From Acaryochloridaceae cyanobacterium VAR_48_metabat_390 (GTDB lineage: Bacteria > Cyanobacteriota > Cyanobacteriia > Thermosynechococcales > Thermosynechococcaceae), in assembly GCA_031422435.1 (NCBI GenBank), contig JANPLU010000016.1, forward strand, positions 30,148 to 94,147: DNA of 64,000 bases. The letters run 5' to 3'. The notes under the pieces were generated by a model. It ran no database searches, was not told where the DNA came from, and saw only the letters and a program-made list of their open reading frames with translations. Shown in pieces: positions 61,741 to 64,000 of this stretch. Each line of letters starts with the position of its first letter. The first letter of the stretch is position 1. The translations under genes and the position numbers were made by a program.

Positions 61741-62478
61741 ATGAATAGGTTTGTGCTTTGGTGGCGTCGTTATCAATCTACGCTACTGGTATCGCTGATC
61801 ATTTTGAGCGCTGCGGGCGTTGTCAGAGCAACACAGGGTGCAGGAGTAGCCGACCTAAACCGCTTGTTAGTGTGGCCCTTTAAGTCCGATGGGGCAGCGC
61901 AGCAAAGGCTCTTAGATGCTCAATCCCAGGCGTTGCAGCAGCAGGTTCAGGAGTTAGAAACCCAGAATCGATCCTTGAAATCTCTGCTGAACTTACCGCC
62001 TTCACCGAACCAAAAGAAGATTGCGGCCTCGGTCATCTCGAGAGGTGCTGATAACTGGTGGCAGCAGTTGACCTTGGGTAAAGGCAGTGCAGATGGCGTC
62101 CGTGTAGATGCGGTGGTAGTGGCTCCTGGGGGGCTGGTGGGTCGCGTGATGAGCGTCACGCTTCAAACCAGCCGAGTGCTGCTCGTGACTGACCCAACCA
62201 GTCAGGTGGGGATTACCATTAGCCGCAGTCGTCAGGTTGGCATTTTACGGGGACGCTCTGACCGAAAGGGCGTGCTGGAGTTTTTTGACAAAACGCCGGA
62301 TGTCAAAAAAGATGATGTTGTTGTCACATCTACCCTAAGCAGTCGTTTCCCCGCAGGGATTGCAGTCGGTCGCGTCACCGATGTGGACTTAGATCGACTT
62401 CCCATTCCTCAGGTTGTTGTAGAGTTTTCTGTGCCCCTTGAGCATGTGGAATGGGTCAACGTGTTAACGAATGGCTAA
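61741..62478 (+). CDS. mreC: Rod shape-determining protein MreC
   Basis: Coiled coil, GGLVGRV and FPAGIAVG motifs; operon position. Confidence 0.9.
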   Translation: MNRFVLWWRRYQSTLLVSLIILSAAGVVRATQGAGVADLNRLLVWPFKSDGAAQQRLLDAQSQALQQQVQELETQNRSLKSLLNLPPSPNQKKIAASVISRGADNWWQQLTLGKGSADGVRVDAVVVAPGGLVGRVMSVTLQTSRVLLVTDPTSQVGITISRSRQVGILRGRSDRKGVLEFFDKTPDVKKDDVVVTSTLSSRFPAGIAVGRVTDVDLDRLPIPQVVVEFSVPLEHVEWVNVLTNG

Positions 62479-63034
62479 GGTTTTAAAAGGTAGACCCTCT
62501 GTCCCTTCATTTCGCTCTCCCTTGCAGCGCGCCAATGTTTTGGTGATAGTAGGGTCTATCTTTTTATGTGCCCTACTTCAGCCCCATCGGATTCCTGGCA
62601 TGGTGCTGTTAGAGACTGCGCCCAACTGGTTCTTAATCTGGGTTGTGACCTGGAGCGTAAAGCGATCGCCCTGGCAAGGACTCACCGCCGGACTCGCCCT
62701 TGGGCTGGTTCAAGATGGGTTGACCGCCGCGCAGCCTACCCACGCACTGAGCCTAGGGATTGCTGGCTTTTTAACCAGCAGCCTTGATAAGCAGCGGTTT
62801 ATTGAAGAAGACTTTATCTCGGCGCTGCTGCTGGTGTTTGTCATGGCGCTTCTTGTGGAAACTATTTTTGCAGGGCAGCTTGCCATAGGAGGGGACTGGA
62901 TCATTTCAGATCTCTGGAGTCATCTCCAGCGTGTCGCCCTTAGCTCCGCTATTATCAGCAGCCTATGGACGCCGTTACTGTACGTTCCACTCAACCGCTG
63001 GTGGGATCGGTTTAATGCCCTGATGGATCGCTAA
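62471..63034 (+). CDS. mreD: Rod shape-determining protein MreD
   Basis: PNWFLIWVVTWS; hydrophobic; overlaps the mreC stop. Confidence 0.85.
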   Translation: MAKVLKGRPSVPSFRSPLQRANVLVIVGSIFLCALLQPHRIPGMVLLETAPNWFLIWVVTWSVKRSPWQGLTAGLALGLVQDGLTAAQPTHALSLGIAGFLTSSLDKQRFIEEDFISALLLVFVMALLVETIFAGQLAIGGDWIISDLWSHLQRVALSSAIISSLWTPLLYVPLNRWWDRFNALMDR

Positions 63035-63158
63035 ACCGACCTGAAGTTGCGATTCCAAGGCTACAAAAATCGTCATAGAACTTGATCTACGGTTCATCCA
63101 GAAATCCGTTAAAGTGAAGGGTAGCGAAACCCAGTCGAGATCAGAGACGCCGCCCATT

Positions 63159-64000
63159 ATGCACCTGAGTGAACTTGTCCATCCTAATCAACTGCACGGA
63201 TTAACCATTCCGCAGCTGAAGCAGATTGCCCACCAAATTCGAGACAAGCATCTCGAAACCGTCGCCAACAGCGGCGGACATTTAGGGCCAGGGCTTGGCG
63301 TTGTAGAGCTGACGCTGGCACTCTACCAAACCTTAGATCTAGATCGCGACAAGGTCGTCTGGGATGTGGGGCACCAAGCCTATCCCCACAAGCTGATTAC
63401 AGGTCGCTACAATCGGTTTCATACTCTTCGGCAAAAAGACGGCATCGCTGGATATATCAACCGCAAAGAAAGCACCTTTGATCACTTTGGTGCAGGTCAC
63501 GCCTCTACCAGCATTTCGGCGGCTTTGGGCATGGCGCTGGCACGAGATCTTCAGGGCGATAACTACAAAACCGTCGCCATTATTGGAGATGGCGCGCTGA
63601 CGGGCGGTATGGCGCTAGAGGCCATTAACCATGCGGGGCACTTGCCTAACACCAATCTGTTAGTGGTGCTTAACGACAACGAAATGTCGATTTCTCAAAA
63701 TGTGGGGGCGCTGTCTCGCTACCTCAACAAAATTCGCCTCAGTTCTCCGGTGCAGTTTCTTTCGGAAAACATCGAAGAGCAGCTCAAGCAGTTGCCCTTT
63801 GTAGATAAAGGCGAGCTGGGTCGGCTTAAGGGCGGCATGAAGCGCCTTGCGGTTTCTAAAGTGGGCGCAGTGTTTGAAGAGCTGGGCTTTACCTACATGG
63901 GTCCTATCGACGGACACAACCTAGAGGAGCTAATTGCGACATTTCAGGAAGCGCACAAGCACCCTGGCCCTGTGCTGGTGCATGTGGCAACGGTGAAAGG
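63159..64000 (+). CDS. dxs: 1-deoxy-D-xylulose-5-phosphate synthase (5' part; runs off the window)
   Basis: Manual translation gives [15 protein letters not shown]...[37 protein letters not shown]. Confidence 0.96.
   Translation, partial: MHLSELVHPNQLHGLTIPQLKQIAHQIRDKHLETVANSGGHLGPGLGVVELTLALYQTLDLDRDKVVWDVGHQAYPHKLITGRYNRFHTLRQKDGIAGYINRKESTFDHFGAGHASTSISAALGMALARDLQGDNYKTVAIIGDGALTGGMALEAINHAGHLPNTNLLVVLNDNEMSISQNVGALSRYLNKIRLSSPVQFLSENIEEQLKQLPFVDKGELGRLKGGMKRLAVSKVGAVFEELGFTYMGPIDGHNLEELIATFQEAHKHPGPVLVHVATVK

Noticed and set aside
1..64000. CRISPR arrays, rRNA, IS or transposase genes, riboswitches upstream of gcvT or the cbiG-like gene
   Set aside because: No regularly spaced repeat-spacer array, transposase motifs or recognisable riboswitch consensus seen by eye; an Rfam/Infernal scan would be needed to exclude structured RNAs.

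Overview
Cyanobacterial chromosomal DNA. The assignment rests on frequent HIP1 GCGATCGC octamers, divergent ctaC-ctaD and ctaAB genes, Ycf66, sigF and a PatA-type taxis cluster. Most genes are housekeeping: cytochrome c oxidase and heme A/O synthesis, murJ, ppx, dxr, acs, shc, pyrE, rbfA, gcvT, ccsB, argH, mreBCD, partial dxs and one CAU-anticodon tRNA. There are also two small toxin-antitoxin-like pairs, a truncated alcohol dehydrogenase and two short REP-like dispersed repeats. I saw no CRISPR array, rRNA or transposase. The main items for follow-up are: (1) a three-gene candidate signalling module of an orphan PhnD-like lipoprotein, a heme-c (CxxCH) DUF3365-HAMP sensor with no output domain and a soluble Ser/Thr kinase; (2) an 852-aa membrane-anchored coiled-coil protein ending in a LigA-type BRCT domain; (3) a chemoreceptor with a DXCIP-type cyanobacteriochrome GAF that lacks the canonical Cys but has an extra Cys; (4) a 44-aa lipoprotein missing from the ORF track, in tandem with a similar one; (5) a small protein built from five LPNHRPI-type repeats. 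All family assignments come from motif recognition by eye; no database searches were run.
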